NCBI GenBank assembly: GCA_963776755.1
Contig: CAVZNW010000001.1
Span: 483,266 to 547,265 of the forward strand
Direction: 5' to 3'
DNA: 64,000 nucleotides
DNA from: an uncultured Acidobacteriota bacterium
Lineage (GTDB): Bacteria; Acidobacteriota; Thermoanaerobaculia; UBA5066; Gp7-AA6
Shown here: piece after piece, positions 11,428 through 22,307 of the stretch
Layout: each line of letters opens with the position of its first letter
Numbering within the stretch: position 1 is the stretch's first letter
The notes under the pieces: generated by a model
Database searches by the model: none
What the model saw: the letters and a program-made list of their open reading frames with translations, nothing else
Told to the model about the DNA's origin: nothing
Program-made: the position numbers and the translations under genes

Positions 11428-13151
11428 GGCGAAGGGCTCGGGACCCGGACCTCGACGAAGAAGCCGGGATCTCCGATCCGGGCGCCCTCGCGGGCTCCGG
11501 GGCCGTAGACCGCGGCGGGCCGCGTCCGGGAACGCGCGGCGGCGTCGAGCGTCTGCAGGTAGTCGTGGCCGAGGGACCGCGCTCCCTCGCCGACGGCGAG
11601 CACGTTGGCGTAGAGCAGGACGTCGGGCGGCCGCGCGACGAACTCGGCCGCGAAGCGCGCCTCGGCCGGGGCGTCGAGGTGGCCCGGGAAGTACTGCTCG
11701 CGGGCGAACGGGTTGCGCCGGCCGAGCACGTAGTTGAAGAAGCCGGTCTCCGGGAAACCGGCGACCGTGGCGCCGGGCGCGAGCCGCCCTGCGAGATCCG
11801 AGAGCGCCAGGCGAGTCGTCTCCGCGACCGGCTCGGGCAGGACGACCGCCCCGGCCGGGGTATCCACCCGCGTCCAGCCCGGCCGCCGGTTCCGGTCGGC
11901 CGTGTCGGCCACGCGCGCGAGGACGAAAACCGAGAGCGCGGCCGCGGCGAGCTTCGGCAGGGCGGGGCCGAGCCTCGCCGCGCCGCGGTCGGCGAGCGCG
12001 AAGATCCCGGCGGCCGCGACGACGATCGGCAGGGGCAGGAAGAAGGCGTTGTAGGGGCCGACATAGCCGGCCGCCAGGAGCAGGCGCGCGCCGAAGAGGG
12101 CCGCCACGCCGAGGACCGCGTCGGGGACCTCCGCGAGGGGTCCCCGCGGCGCCCGGCCGGCGAGGCGCTCTGCGAGCCGGACGAGGGCGGCGACGGCGAG
12201 CGCGAGCGGCACGACACGGACGAGCGGCGGGAAGAGCGCCGCGGTTTCGACGAGGTCCGCCGGCGGGCGCAGGGAGAGCGCCGCGGCGATGGCGAGCGCG
12301 GCGACCGCGCCGGCGCCCACGGCGAACCGCGCGGCCGCCGAACGCAGGCGGGACGCGAGAAGGGAAGCGGCGGCGAGAAGCGCCGCCATCAGCAGCAGGA
12401 CCACGGCCGACAGCAGCCACTCGGCGCTTCGCAGGCCGAGCCGGTCGAGGCCGGCGTACGCCCGGTAGACGTTGCGGTATGCCTCGGGGGGATCGAGCAG
12501 GCGCAGCCACCCCTCGCTCTCGAGCGTCGCCACGGGGATCCCGGCCGAAGCGGCGGCATAGCCCGCCGCGGCGGCGCCGAGCGGCCAGGCGAGCAGGCGC
12601 GCGAGACGGCCCGGCGTCCCGCGGGCGTCCAGAGCGACGAGCACGGCCGCCGCGAGCCCCATCTCGAGCCGCGCGAGCAGGGCGACGGCGAGGCAGGCGC
12701 CGACGAGCGCGTCGGCCGTCCGCGTGCGGCGCAGCGAGAGCTCGAGTGCCCAGGTGATCGCCGCCACCGCGAGCGCGGCGTCGAAGCTGAAGGGAAAGAG
12801 CCAGGCGCCCGGCCGCAGGAACACGGCCGCGGCCACCGCGGCCGACGCGGCCAACGCCGCCCGCCAGGGGGGGAGCAGACGGCGGGCGAGGCGCGTCAGC
12901 GCCGCCAGGTGCGCGAGCGCGATCGCGGCGGCGAAGGCCGTCCGGGCGGGCAGCGAGGCCCCGAAGGCGCGATCGACGGCCGCGCCGAGCCAGGGCGCGA
13001 GCGGCCCGTGATGGAACTCGATCTGAGCGTAGAGGCGCTCCCCCTGGGCCACGCGCCAGGGGACCATGAGCTCCCGGCCCGAGTCGACGTAGGGCTCGAG
13101 CCAGCGGTTCCACGAGACGAGCGCCAGCAGCGCGAAAACCGCGTAGGGCAA
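11424..13151 (-). CDS. Polytopic membrane protein, probably a GT-C superfamily glycosyltransferase; start uncertain
   Basis: Many TM helices; first loop DSGRELMVPWRVAQGERLY..HGPL. Confidence 0.6.
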   Translation of the reverse strand: MPYAVFALLALVSWNRWLEPYVDSGRELMVPWRVAQGERLYAQIEFHHGPLAPWLGAAVDRAFGASLPARTAFAAAIALAHLAALTRLARRLLPPWRAALAASAAVAAAVFLRPGAWLFPFSFDAALAVAAITWALELSLRRTRTADALVGACLAVALLARLEMGLAAAVLVALDARGTPGRLARLLAWPLGAAAAGYAAASAGIPVATLESEGWLRLLDPPEAYRNVYRAYAGLDRLGLRSAEWLLSAVVLLLMAALLAAASLLASRLRSAAARFAVGAGAVAALAIAAALSLRPPADLVETAALFPPLVRVVPLALAVAALVRLAERLAGRAPRGPLAEVPDAVLGVAALFGARLLLAAGYVGPYNAFFLPLPIVVAAAGIFALADRGAARLGPALPKLAAAALSVFVLARVADTADRNRRPGWTRVDTPAGAVVLPEPVAETTRLALSDLAGRLAPGATVAGFPETGFFNYVLGRRNPFAREQYFPGHLDAPAEARFAAEFVARPPDVLLYANVLAVGEGARSLGHDYLQTLDAAARSRTRPAAVYGPGAREGARIGDPGFFVEVRVPSPSP

Positions 13152-13220
13152 CGCGGCCGCGATCCGCTCCTGCCTCCGGCCTTCCGCCTCCTGCCTCCCG
13201 ATTCTCTTAGGATACCTCCC

Positions 13221-14159
13221 GTGCAGGAAAAGATGGCGACGCGCAATCCCGTCCTTCGCGCGCTCGCGTCGGCCGCGTCGCGGGTCTGGTTTCCCGGCAC
13301 GCTCTGGACGGCCCGCCACGTCCCGCGGCGGGCGGTGCACGGCGGCGGCCGCGCTCTCGCCGCCGTCTACTACCGCGCGCGGCCGAAATACCTGCGCGCC
13401 GTGCGCGCGAACCTCTCGATCATTCTCGCCCTGCCGGAGTCCTCCCCGGAGGTCCGGGCGAAGGCCTGGTCCATGGTCGACTCCCACTTCGCCGCGTGGG
13501 TCGACTTCCTGCAGTTCGCGACGCACGGGCCCGAGGCCGCGGCCAAACTCGTCGAGGGCGTCGTCGGCTACACCCACATCGTCGAGGCGCGCCTGCGCGG
13601 GAAGGGCGTCCTGCTGCTGACGGCGCACCTCGGCAACTGGGAGGTGGGCGGGCTCATGCTGGCGCGGATGAAGCAGCCGATCCACGTCGTTCTCGTCCCC
13701 GACATCTTTCCGGGCGTCGAGCGCCACCGGCGCCGGCTCCACGAGGCGTCGGGCGTCACCGAGATCCGCGTCGACCGCAGCTTCGTCCCGACGTTGTCGG
13801 TGCTGCGCGCGCTGTCGGGCAACGGCATCGTGGCGATGCAGGGCGACCGCGACTTCGACAACACCGGTGTCGCGTTGCCGTTCTTCGGGCGCGAGGCGTA
13901 TTTCCCGCGCGGCCCGCTGCGCGTCGCGATGGCCTCCGGCGCCACCGTGCTGCCGGCGTTCATCGTGCGCATGCCCGACGGCCGGTACCGCGCGATCGTC
14001 GAAGGGCCGCTGCCGATCGAGAACGGCCCGGATCGCGACGCGGCCCTGCGCGCGAACCTCGGACGCTACGTAGCGATCCTCGAGCGCTACATCCGCGAAT
14101 ACCCGGAGCAGTGGTACTGCTTCTTTCCGTTCTGGGACGATCCGTCGCGCAGGAGGTAG
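13221..14159 (+). CDS. Lysophospholipid/lipid A-type acyltransferase
   Basis: LLLTAHLGNWE, GDRD, FFG and PEQWY motifs. Confidence 0.9.
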   Translation: MQEKMATRNPVLRALASAASRVWFPGTLWTARHVPRRAVHGGGRALAAVYYRARPKYLRAVRANLSIILALPESSPEVRAKAWSMVDSHFAAWVDFLQFATHGPEAAAKLVEGVVGYTHIVEARLRGKGVLLLTAHLGNWEVGGLMLARMKQPIHVVLVPDIFPGVERHRRRLHEASGVTEIRVDRSFVPTLSVLRALSGNGIVAMQGDRDFDNTGVALPFFGREAYFPRGPLRVAMASGATVLPAFIVRMPDGRYRAIVEGPLPIENGPDRDAALRANLGRYVAILERYIREYPEQWYCFFPFWDDPSRRR

Positions 14160-14180
14160 GGGCGGGGCTCGTCCCCGCCC
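14156..14180 (+). repeat. GTAG-family REP element (single copy)
   Basis: GTAG-GGGCGGGG-CTCGT-CCCCGCCC; same architecture as the copies at 30234-30293. Confidence 0.7.
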
Positions 14181-14204
14181 TGCGGGAACGGCCGGGACCA
14201 ACGT

Positions 14205-15389
14205 CTACCGCGGACGGCGGGCGGAGACGGCGGCGACGAAGAAGGCGTCGTACCGCTTCGCGAGCTCCTCGACGTCGGGGAGCACTTCGGGTTTCTCGAA
14301 GCCCGCGGCCTCGAGCGCCGCGCGCCAGTTCGCAGGCGTCAGGAACCCGTGGTTGGGCCGCGTGCGGGCGTCGGTCGCGACACCGGTGAAGTTCTCGAGG
14401 AAGTTGAACACGAACTCGACGTAGATGGGCTGGCCGGGAAACGGCCGCACGCACTCCGAGAACACGGCCGCGCCGCCGGGCTTCAAGGTCTCGCGGACCC
14501 GGGCGAGGGCGGCGCCGAGGTCGCGGGCGATGTGGATCGTGTTCACGGCGTAGACGACGTCCGCGATCCCGGGCTCGACGCCCTGGGCGGCGAAGTCGCG
14601 GTCCATGTCGAGCCGGAGAAAGTCCGCGCGTAGCTCCGGGAAGCGGGCGCGGATCGTCCTCTCGGCGCGGCGGAGGAAGGTCGGAACGATCTCGGTGAAG
14701 ACGTAGCGCTCGATTCTCGGCAGCTGCGCATCCCGGGCCAGGCGCTCGCCGACCGCCAGCGCCGCCGAGCCGGAGCCCCCGCCGATTTCGAGGAGCGTCG
14801 CGTTCCGGGCCGCCGGCAGCGCGCGGACCACGGCCTCGGCTCCCAGCCGGTTGTTGATCTGGTAGAGCAGGTTGTCGTTGGAGAAGTAGTCGAACCAGAG
14901 CGGCAGCCGGGAGGGGGCGAAGAGGATGTCCTCGCCGGTCTTCTCGCCTCGCAGGAACTCGGGCACGTGCTCGACCATCGCCCGCACGACGGCGAAGGCC
15001 GGAAGCGATCCCGGGTCGATCGCGCGCGCCGCGGCCTCGGCGCGGTCCGGGTCTCCCGGCGGAAGCGGTCCCCGGGCGCGGTAGGCGGCCCCGCGGCCGG
15101 CGCCCGACGCGTCGAGGTAGCCCGCCGCGGCGAGCTTGGCGAAGAACCAGGCGAGCGGGACCTCGGCGCGCGCCGCCCAGCCCCGCCGGAGGACGAGCTC
15201 GCCCGCCGACGCTCCGCGCGCGAGGTCCTCCTCGAGCGACAGATCGCGGACGAGCCGCAGGACCGAGTCGATCGTGAACCGGTCGAAGTGCTCGGCGCAG
15301 AGGATGAACTCGCGCGTGAAGAGGGAGCGGACCGCCGGGTCCGGGATGCGCGCGATCAGGCTCTCGGGATCCTCCGTCCGTTCGGTCAC
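14205..15389 (-). CDS. Class I SAM methyltransferase resembling a PKS C-methyltransferase domain
   Basis: LLEIGGGSG, YVFTEI, LDMDRDFAAQG, NTIHIARDL and LKPGGAAVFSE. Confidence 0.8.
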   Translation of the reverse strand: MTERTEDPESLIARIPDPAVRSLFTREFILCAEHFDRFTIDSVLRLVRDLSLEEDLARGASAGELVLRRGWAARAEVPLAWFFAKLAAAGYLDASGAGRGAAYRARGPLPPGDPDRAEAAARAIDPGSLPAFAVVRAMVEHVPEFLRGEKTGEDILFAPSRLPLWFDYFSNDNLLYQINNRLGAEAVVRALPAARNATLLEIGGGSGSAALAVGERLARDAQLPRIERYVFTEIVPTFLRRAERTIRARFPELRADFLRLDMDRDFAAQGVEPGIADVVYAVNTIHIARDLGAALARVRETLKPGGAAVFSECVRPFPGQPIYVEFVFNFLENFTGVATDARTRPNHGFLTPANWRAALEAAGFEKPEVLPDVEELAKRYDAFFVAAVSARRPR

Positions 15390-15465
15390 GCCGGCGATTC
15401 TAGTGCCGGCGGCGGAACTCCCGCTTTGCCGGGGCGCGGCGATTCCGTACACTGTCGGAGTTCCC

Positions 15466-17589
15466 ATGAAGCGCATCCTCGCGGCCCTCGGCGGCCTTCT
15501 GCTCGGCCTCGCGCCGCTGTCCGCGGCCGATCCGGCCGGGCGGGTCGTCATCCTCGGCTTCGACGGCGTGGATTCGACGGTGGTCGAGGGAGATGCTGGC
15601 CGACGGGCGGCTTCCCAACCTCGCGGCCCTGAAGGCGCGGGGCGGCTACTCGCCGCTGACGCCGACCGTGCCGGCGCAGACCCCCGTCTCGTGGGCCACC
15701 TTTTCGACGGGCCTCGACCCGGGCGGGCACGAGATCTTCGACTTCCTGAAGCGCGATCCCGCCAACCGCATACCGACATTCGCGGTCGCGGAAGAAAAGT
15801 CGGTGCCGTTTCTCCTCGGGAAGAGCAACCCGGCGGCGTTCGCGGCCGGGGCCCTGGCGCTCTTTCTCGTTCCGGCGCTCCTGCTGCTCGCCCGCCGCCG
15901 GCGGGCGGCCGGCGCGGTGCTCGCGGTGCTCGGCGTTGCCGCGGCCGCCGGGGCGTTCCTCGCGGTCCGCGCGTGGCTCCCGGCGACGCGGCCCTGGGTG
16001 GCGAACAACCGCCGCGGCCCGGTGTTCTGGGCCGAGGCCGGGGCGCGTCCGGCGACGGTCGATCCGCATGCCCGTCACGTTCCCGCCCGAGGCGTTTCCG
16101 GACGGACACATGCTCTCGGGCCTCGGCGTGCCCGACATCTCCGGGCGGATCGGCCGGCCCGCATACTTCACGTCGGACCCGTTCTTCACGATGCGGGAAG
16201 GCAACGACTTCTCGGTCGAACTGGTCCGACTCGAGTCCAACGTCGGCCGGCAGCAGGTCCGCGGTCCTCGGCCCGCCGGGACGCGCCTTCGGCCGCGAGG
16301 GGACGATCGACGCGTGCCGCTGACCCTGTCCGTCCCGGACGCGCGCGACCGGATCGTGGTCGAGGCCGAGGGGGGCCGCACCGAGCTGAAGGCGGGGCAG
16401 TGGAGCGACTGGGTCCCTCTCGTCTTCCGCGTCAACCCGCTCGTCGCGATCCACGGCTACGCGCGGATGCGCCTCTCGAGCGTCGCAGCCGGAGATCGGC
16501 CTCTACCTTTCGCCGATCCAGTTCGATCCGGCGCACCTGCCGCCCGGCTTCGCGATCTCGGCGCCGCGCGGCTTCGCGGAGGACCTCGTCCGCGAGTACG
16601 GCCGCTTCAAGACGATGGGCTGGGCGATCGACACGTGGTCGATCCAGTCGGGCACGCTGCCGGAGGACGCCTTCCTCGAGGACGTGAAGATGACGGCCGA
16701 CCAGGAGCGCAAGATGCTGCGGGGCCTTCTCGCCGGGAAGGACCGCCTCCTCTTCCACTACTTCGAGTTCCCGGACCGGGTCGGCCACGTCTTCTGGCGG
16801 TTTCGCGATCCGGAGCATCCGGCCTACGACGCGAAGCTCGCCGCGAAGTACGGCGACGTGGTCGAGAAGTCGTACGCGGACGATGGACGAGATCGTCGGC
16901 GAGACGGCGAAGGCGCTCGGGCCGCGAGGACGTGCTGCTCGTGCTCTCGGACCATGGCTTCGCGACCTGGCGGCGGTCGGTCAACTACAACTCGTGGCTC
17001 GTCGAGAACGGCTACCTGGTCTTGAAGGGCAGCGCGAAGCGGCAGAACCTCGAGGCGCTCTTCTCCCGCGGCCAGTTCTGGGAGGCCGTCGACTGGACGA
17101 AGTCGAAGGCCTACGCGATGGGCCTCGGCGACATCTACGTCAACCTCACGGGGCGGGAGGCGGGCGGGATCGTCGCGCCGGGCGCCGAGTACGAGGCGCT
17201 GCGCGCCGAGCTCACCGCCCGGCTGACCGCCCTGACCGACCCGAAGAACGGCGCGCCGGGCCGTCTCGCGCGTCTTCAAGCGCGAGGAGGTCTACCGCCG
17301 CTTCGACCCGCGCCTCATCCCCGACCTGATCGTGGCGAACCTGCCCGGCTACCGCGTGTCGTGGCAGTCCTCGCTCGGCGTCCCCACGGGCTCAGTCTTC
17401 GAGGACAACCGCGACGTCTGGAGCGGCGACCACTGCTCGCTCGATCCGGACCTGGTGCGCGGCGTGTTCTTCTCGTCGAAGCCGTTCCGCGGGGAGCCGG
17501 TCCCGGGCATCGCCGACGTGACGGCCTCGGTGCGGGCGCTCACCGGAGGCGGCCCGGTCGAGAACGCGGCGGGCAAGGCGCTCTGGTGA
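15466..17589 (+). CDS. Alkaline phosphatase superfamily / nucleotide pyrophosphatase-like protein (several indels)
   Basis: Signal peptide; ILGFDG, QTPVSWATFSTG, DRVGH, SDHGF and SGDH. Confidence 0.85.
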
Positions 17590-18740
17590 GGAGGCGCTGG
17601 CTCGTCGCCGCGCTCCTCCTGACGACCGCTCCCCTCGTCTCCCAGGAAACCGTCACCCCCGCCGACTCCGAGCGCCGCGCGGACCTGGAGAGGCTGCAGG
17701 GTCGCATCGGCGCGCTCAAGTCGAGGCTCGCCGACAGCGAGAAGAAGGAGGCGACCCTCGCCGAGGAGCTGCAGCGGCTCGAGCTGCGACTCGAGATCGC
17801 GACCCGCGAGGGCGAGCTGCTCGCGGCCACGCGCGATGAATTTGCGCGCCGGCTCGCGGCCGTCTCGCAGGAGGGGTCGGCGGCCGCGCTCTCGGCGGCG
17901 CGGTCGCGCGAGGCGCTCGTGGCACGGGCGCGCCTGCTCCAGCGCTTCGGGCGATACGGCTACTTCCGCGTGCTGCTCGAGGCCGGCGACGTGCCGGCGC
18001 TGCTCGACTCGATCGAGCGGCTCGACGGCCTCGCGCGGCGCGACGGGAAGCTGCTGCAGCGCTACCGGCAGGCGCAGGCGCGGCTCCAGGACGACCTGGC
18101 CCGCGAGCAGGCGCTGAAGGCCGAGATCGACCGGCTCTACGCGAGGAGCCGCCAGGAGGAGACTCGCGTGGCGTCGCTCAAGACCGAGCGCGAGCGGCTC
18201 CTCGCCCGGGAACGCAGCCAGGCCGCGAACCAGCGCCGGGAAGTCTCGGCGCTCACCGACAAGGCCTCACGGCTCGAGCGGCTGCTCGAGACCCTCGCCC
18301 GCCAGAGCGAGAGCGAGGAGCCCATCGGGCCCTCGGGCGGCATCCGTCCGTTCAAGGGCGTGCTCGACTGGCCGGCCAAGGGCACGATCATCGAGACCTT
18401 CGGCCGGCATCGCCATCCCAAGTTCGACACGTGGACGGTCTCCAACGGGGTCGCGGTCGCGCTCCCGCTCGGCACGCCCGTGCGCGCCGTCTACGCCGGA
18501 AAGACCATCTACGCGCAGTGGCTGGCCGAGTACGGCAACCTCGTCATCCTCGACCACGGCGACGGGATGCTCACGCTCTACGCCTGGCTTCAGGCCGTGT
18601 CGGTCCTGCCCGGAGTCCCCGTGCCCGCGGGAGGCGAGATCGGCCTGGCGGGGTACGGCCCCGGCCGCGACGAGCCGGGGCTCTACTTCGAGGTGCGGGA
18701 CCGGCAGAAGGCGTCGGATCCGGTGGCCTGGCTGCGATAG
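17586..18740 (+). CDS. envC: Murein hydrolase activator EnvC-like (coiled coil plus degenerate M23 domain)
   Basis: Signal peptide, long coiled coil, WPAKG, YGNLVILDHG and LYFEVR. Confidence 0.75.
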   Translation: MRRRWLVAALLLTTAPLVSQETVTPADSERRADLERLQGRIGALKSRLADSEKKEATLAEELQRLELRLEIATREGELLAATRDEFARRLAAVSQEGSAAALSAARSREALVARARLLQRFGRYGYFRVLLEAGDVPALLDSIERLDGLARRDGKLLQRYRQAQARLQDDLAREQALKAEIDRLYARSRQEETRVASLKTERERLLARERSQAANQRREVSALTDKASRLERLLETLARQSESEEPIGPSGGIRPFKGVLDWPAKGTIIETFGRHRHPKFDTWTVSNGVAVALPLGTPVRAVYAGKTIYAQWLAEYGNLVILDHGDGMLTLYAWLQAVSVLPGVPVPAGGEIGLAGYGPGRDEPGLYFEVRDRQKASDPVAWLR

Positions 18741-18863
18741 GGCCGGGATCCCCGGAAGCTCCAGGCGGTCCCCCGATATCTCCCGTCGGGCCCGCGGCTT
18801 GCCGCCCTGCGGGCCGAGTTTCCGGAAATGTCGTCCCTCGGGCCGGGTGTTACCATCCCCACG

Positions 18864-20026
18864 ATGAAGTCCAACCGTTCCCGCCTGGCGTTCGTGGTCG
18901 TGTCGATCTGCGCTCTCGCCTCCCTGCGGGCGGTGACCGGGCCGGAAGGCGCGGGACGCGACCCGGCGACGCGGGCGCTCTCGATCTTTTCCGAGGTGTT
19001 CTCGTTGACCCGGTCCAACTACGTCGAACCGACGGATTCCCGCCTCCTGCTCGACGGGGCCTACGACGGGATGTCCGACGCTCTCGATCCGTTCTCGTAC
19101 TACGTTCCGGCCTCGGCCCAGGCCGCCTACAAGGCCCAGCAGGCTTCGGGGGCGGCGAGCCCCGGCATCGTGTTCGCGCGGCGGGGCGGGTATCCGTACG
19201 TCGTCGGGCCGCTGTCCGGGCTCCCCGGCCGAGAAGGCCGGGATCAAGGCGGGCGACCTGATCGACTCGATCGACGGCAAGCCCCTGCGCAACGCGCCCT
19301 ACTGGCAGATCAAAGCCGCTCTCGAGGGGCCCGAGGGGTCCTCGTGCGAGATCGGGCTCTTCCGGGGCGGCGACGAGAAGCGCCTGACGATAGCGGTCAC
19401 CCGCGGAAAGTTCGACCCGCCCGCGCCCTCCACCACCTGGGAGCGGGACGTCGCCGTCATCAAGATCCCCGCGTTCACGCCCGCGACGGCCGCCGCGGTG
19501 AAGAAGGAGCTCGACGAGGCGGCGCGCCGCTCGATCGGAACGGTCATCCTCGACGTGCGCGGCTCGATCGGCGGCGACTCGGCCGACGCGGCGCCCGTGG
19601 CGTCGCTCTTCGTCGGCAAGGGCACGATCGCCACGGTGCTCTCGCGCAAGGTCGTCGGCAAGGCCCTCGAAGGCACGGGCGAGCCGGCCTGGAAGGGCCG
19701 CGTCGTGATCCTGATCGACGACTCGACGGCCGGGCGCCGCCGAGGTGCTCGCCGCGGCGCTGCACGACCGCGTGAAGGCCACCACCGTCGGCGAGGGCAC
19801 GGTCGGCATGGCGATCGTGCAGCGGAGCATTCCGACCGGCGAGGGCGGGTCGCTCTACATGACCGTCGGGCGCTACGTGGCGCCGTCCGGCCAGGTCCTC
19901 GGCGGGAAGGGCCTGACTCCCGACGAGCGCGTGCTGGTGTTCCCCGGCGAGTCCGGCGACCGCGATCTGATCCTCGAGCGCGGCCTCGACATCGCGCGCA
20001 ACGGCGCCGCCCGCAAGGCGGCGTAA
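18864..20026 (+). CDS. S41/CtpA-family protein with PDZ domain and degenerate catalytic residues (indels)
   Basis: LDPFSYY, AGIKAGDLI, ILDVRGSIGG, TAGAAE, TVGMAIVQ and GLTPD. Confidence 0.85.
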
Positions 20027-20046
20027 GGTCGCGACGCAGTTCGCCC

Positions 20047-20951
20047 TTGAAGCGCCGCGGGCGCCGCGTCTCGGGCGCGACGGTCTTCTTCGCGCTCCTC
20101 TCGATCGCGCTCGCGGTCATTCTCTACGTCCAGACCCGATCCGCGCCCCCGACTCCTCCCGCGCCCGCGCCGCCGAAGACCGCCCGTCCCGCTCCGACGG
20201 CGCGGCGCCGTTCGGCCACTCCCGCTCCTTCGCCGCGCCCCTCGCGCGCCCCGGCGACCCCCGTCGCCGGGGCGCCGCCCGGACGCCGCGCTCGCGGCGA
20301 TCGTGATCGACGATCTCGGCAACGAGCTCGCTCCGGCCGAGCGCATCGCGGGCTGGAAGGAGCCGGTGGCCGGGGCCGTCCTGCCCGGGGTGGCCTTCAG
20401 CGCCGCGGCGGCGCGGGCCCTCTCGCGCGGCGGCAAGGAGGTCCTCCTGCACCTGCCGATGGAGCCGGGGGCTATCCGAAGGTCCGGCCCGGGCCGGGCG
20501 TGATCCTGCGCTCGCAGTCCGACGAGGAGATCGTGCGCATCCTCGAGGGCGACCTGGCGAGCGTGCCCGGCGCCGTCGGCGTGAACAACCACATGGGCTC
20601 GGTGGCGACGGCCGACCCGCGGGTCATGCGGATCGTCGCCCGGCGTGCTCGCCGAGCGCGGGCTCTTCTTCGTCGACAGCCGCACGACGGATGCGACCGT
20701 CGCCGAGCGAGCCGCGGAGGAGGCGTCGGTGCCCGCCGTGTCGCGGCGGGTCTTCCTCGACGACGTGCGAAACGGCGCCGGCGATCCGCAAGCAGCTCGC
20801 CGAGCTCGTCCGCCGCGCGCCGGGAGGAAGGCGACGCGCGTCGCCATCGGCCATCCCTATCCCGCGACCCTCGCCGTTCTCGAGCGAGGAGATGCCGGGG
20901 CTCGCGCAGAAGGGGGTCCGGCTGGTGAGGGTCGGGGAGCTGGTGAGGTAG
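20047..20951 (+). CDS. Divergent polysaccharide deacetylase (YibQ family; indels)
   Basis: IVIDDLG, HLPMEP, GVNNHMGS, FVDSRT and AIGHP. Confidence 0.88.
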
Positions 20952-20974
20952 GCCGCCGCGCTCTCGTCGCCGAC

Positions 20975-21755
20975 TCAGCGGTCGACCGGCGACTTCCGCT
21001 TCGCTTCCTCCCAGTACCGGTCGAGCTCCGCCATCCCGGTTTCGGAGACGTCCTTCCCGGCTTCCCGCGCCAGGCGCGCGACTTCGGCGAAGCGCTCGCG
21101 GAACCGGCGGTTGGCCAGGCGCAGCGCGCTTTCGGGGTCGATCCGGCGGCGGCGGGCGAGGTTGACGACGGACAGCAGCATGTCGCCGATCTCGTGCGAG
21201 CTCGCCGGCAGCGTCGCCGCGCGCCTGCGGCCTCGCGCCACTCGCCGAGCTCCTCCTCGATCTTCGCGGCCACGTCCGCGTCGCGCTCCCAGTCGAAGCC
21301 CAGGTCCGCCGCGCGCGAGCGTCTGGCGGTAGGCCGTCGCGAGCGCGGGCAGCGCCGCGGGCAGGCTCCCGAGCGGGTCCGCCGGCGCGTCGGGCCCCCG
21401 GCGCTTGCGCGTTTCCCACGCGGTCTTCACCTCGGCGGCGCTCCCGGCCGGGTGGCCGCCGAAGACGTGCGGATGGCGCTCGATCATCTTGCGCGTGATC
21501 CGGTCCGCGACGTCGTCGATGTCGAACCAGCCGCGCTCCTGCGGCCAGCCGCGCGAGCAGGAAGACCTGGAACAGCAGGTCCCCGAGCTCGCCCTCGAGC
21601 GGCTCCGGAGCGCCCTCGTCCACCGCGGCGAGGGTCTCGTAGGTCTCCTCGAGCAGGTAGGTCTTGAGCGTCTCGAAGGTCTGCTCGCGGTCCCAGGGGC
21701 ACTCGCGCCGCAGCCGATCGACGAGCGCGACGAGGCGATCGAGGCTCTCGGACAC
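20975..21755 (-). CDS. mazG: Nucleoside triphosphate pyrophosphohydrolase MazG (indels)
   Basis: CPWDREQT, EETYE, ELGDLLFQV, RHPHVFG and EIGDML. Confidence 0.92.
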
Positions 21756-21832
21756 GCGCGGATCATACCCGCCGCCCTTCCCTGCTAAAATTCGACATTC
21801 CCGGCCGCAGGGCGAAAGCAGAAGGCGCAGGC

Positions 21833-22297
21833 GTGAGCGAAGAAGACAAGCCAATCCGCGTCGTCGACCGTCGCATGTTCACTGCCGACGGAGAGCTGCG
21901 CCCCGGCTTCCAGCCGGAGGAACGGCCGGAGCCGCCGAAGCCGGCCGCGGCGACTCCCGCGCCCGCGGCTCCGGCCCCGGGAGCGCCCGCCCCGCCGCCG
22001 CCCGAGGGCGAACCCGGCGCCGAGGCCGCGACCTCGCAGGCCTTCGTCGCCCTGGTCAGCTTCCTCGCCTCCAACGTCTACGCGGCCCTCGGCGTCGATC
22101 CCATGACGGGGGAGAAGCTGCCGCGCCGCGAGCCCGCGGCGGCCCGGCAGATGATCGACTGGCTGGGCGCGCTCGAGCCGAAGACGCGCGGCCGCCTCTC
22201 GTTCGAAGAGGCGGACCTGCTCTCCCGGGTCCTCTACGAGCTCCGGATGGCCTACGTGGAGGTCGTTCGACCGCCCGGCCGGGAGCCGCCGCGATAA
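21833..22297 (+). CDS. DUF1844-like protein
   Basis: IRVVDRRMFTADG, ARQMIDWL, KTRG.L and LYELRMAYV. Confidence 0.75.
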   Translation: MSEEDKPIRVVDRRMFTADGELRPGFQPEERPEPPKPAAATPAPAAPAPGAPAPPPPEGEPGAEAATSQAFVALVSFLASNVYAALGVDPMTGEKLPRREPAAARQMIDWLGALEPKTRGRLSFEEADLLSRVLYELRMAYVEVVRPPGREPPR

Positions 22298-22307
22298 GCG
22301 ACGCCCC

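Noticed and set aside
9952-18740. Very long Arg/Pro/Gly-rich alternative-frame ORFs (e.g. 9952..13113, 11565..14159, 15936..18740)
   Set aside because: These are shadow ORFs expected at high GC; only the sub-segments with family motifs were accepted.
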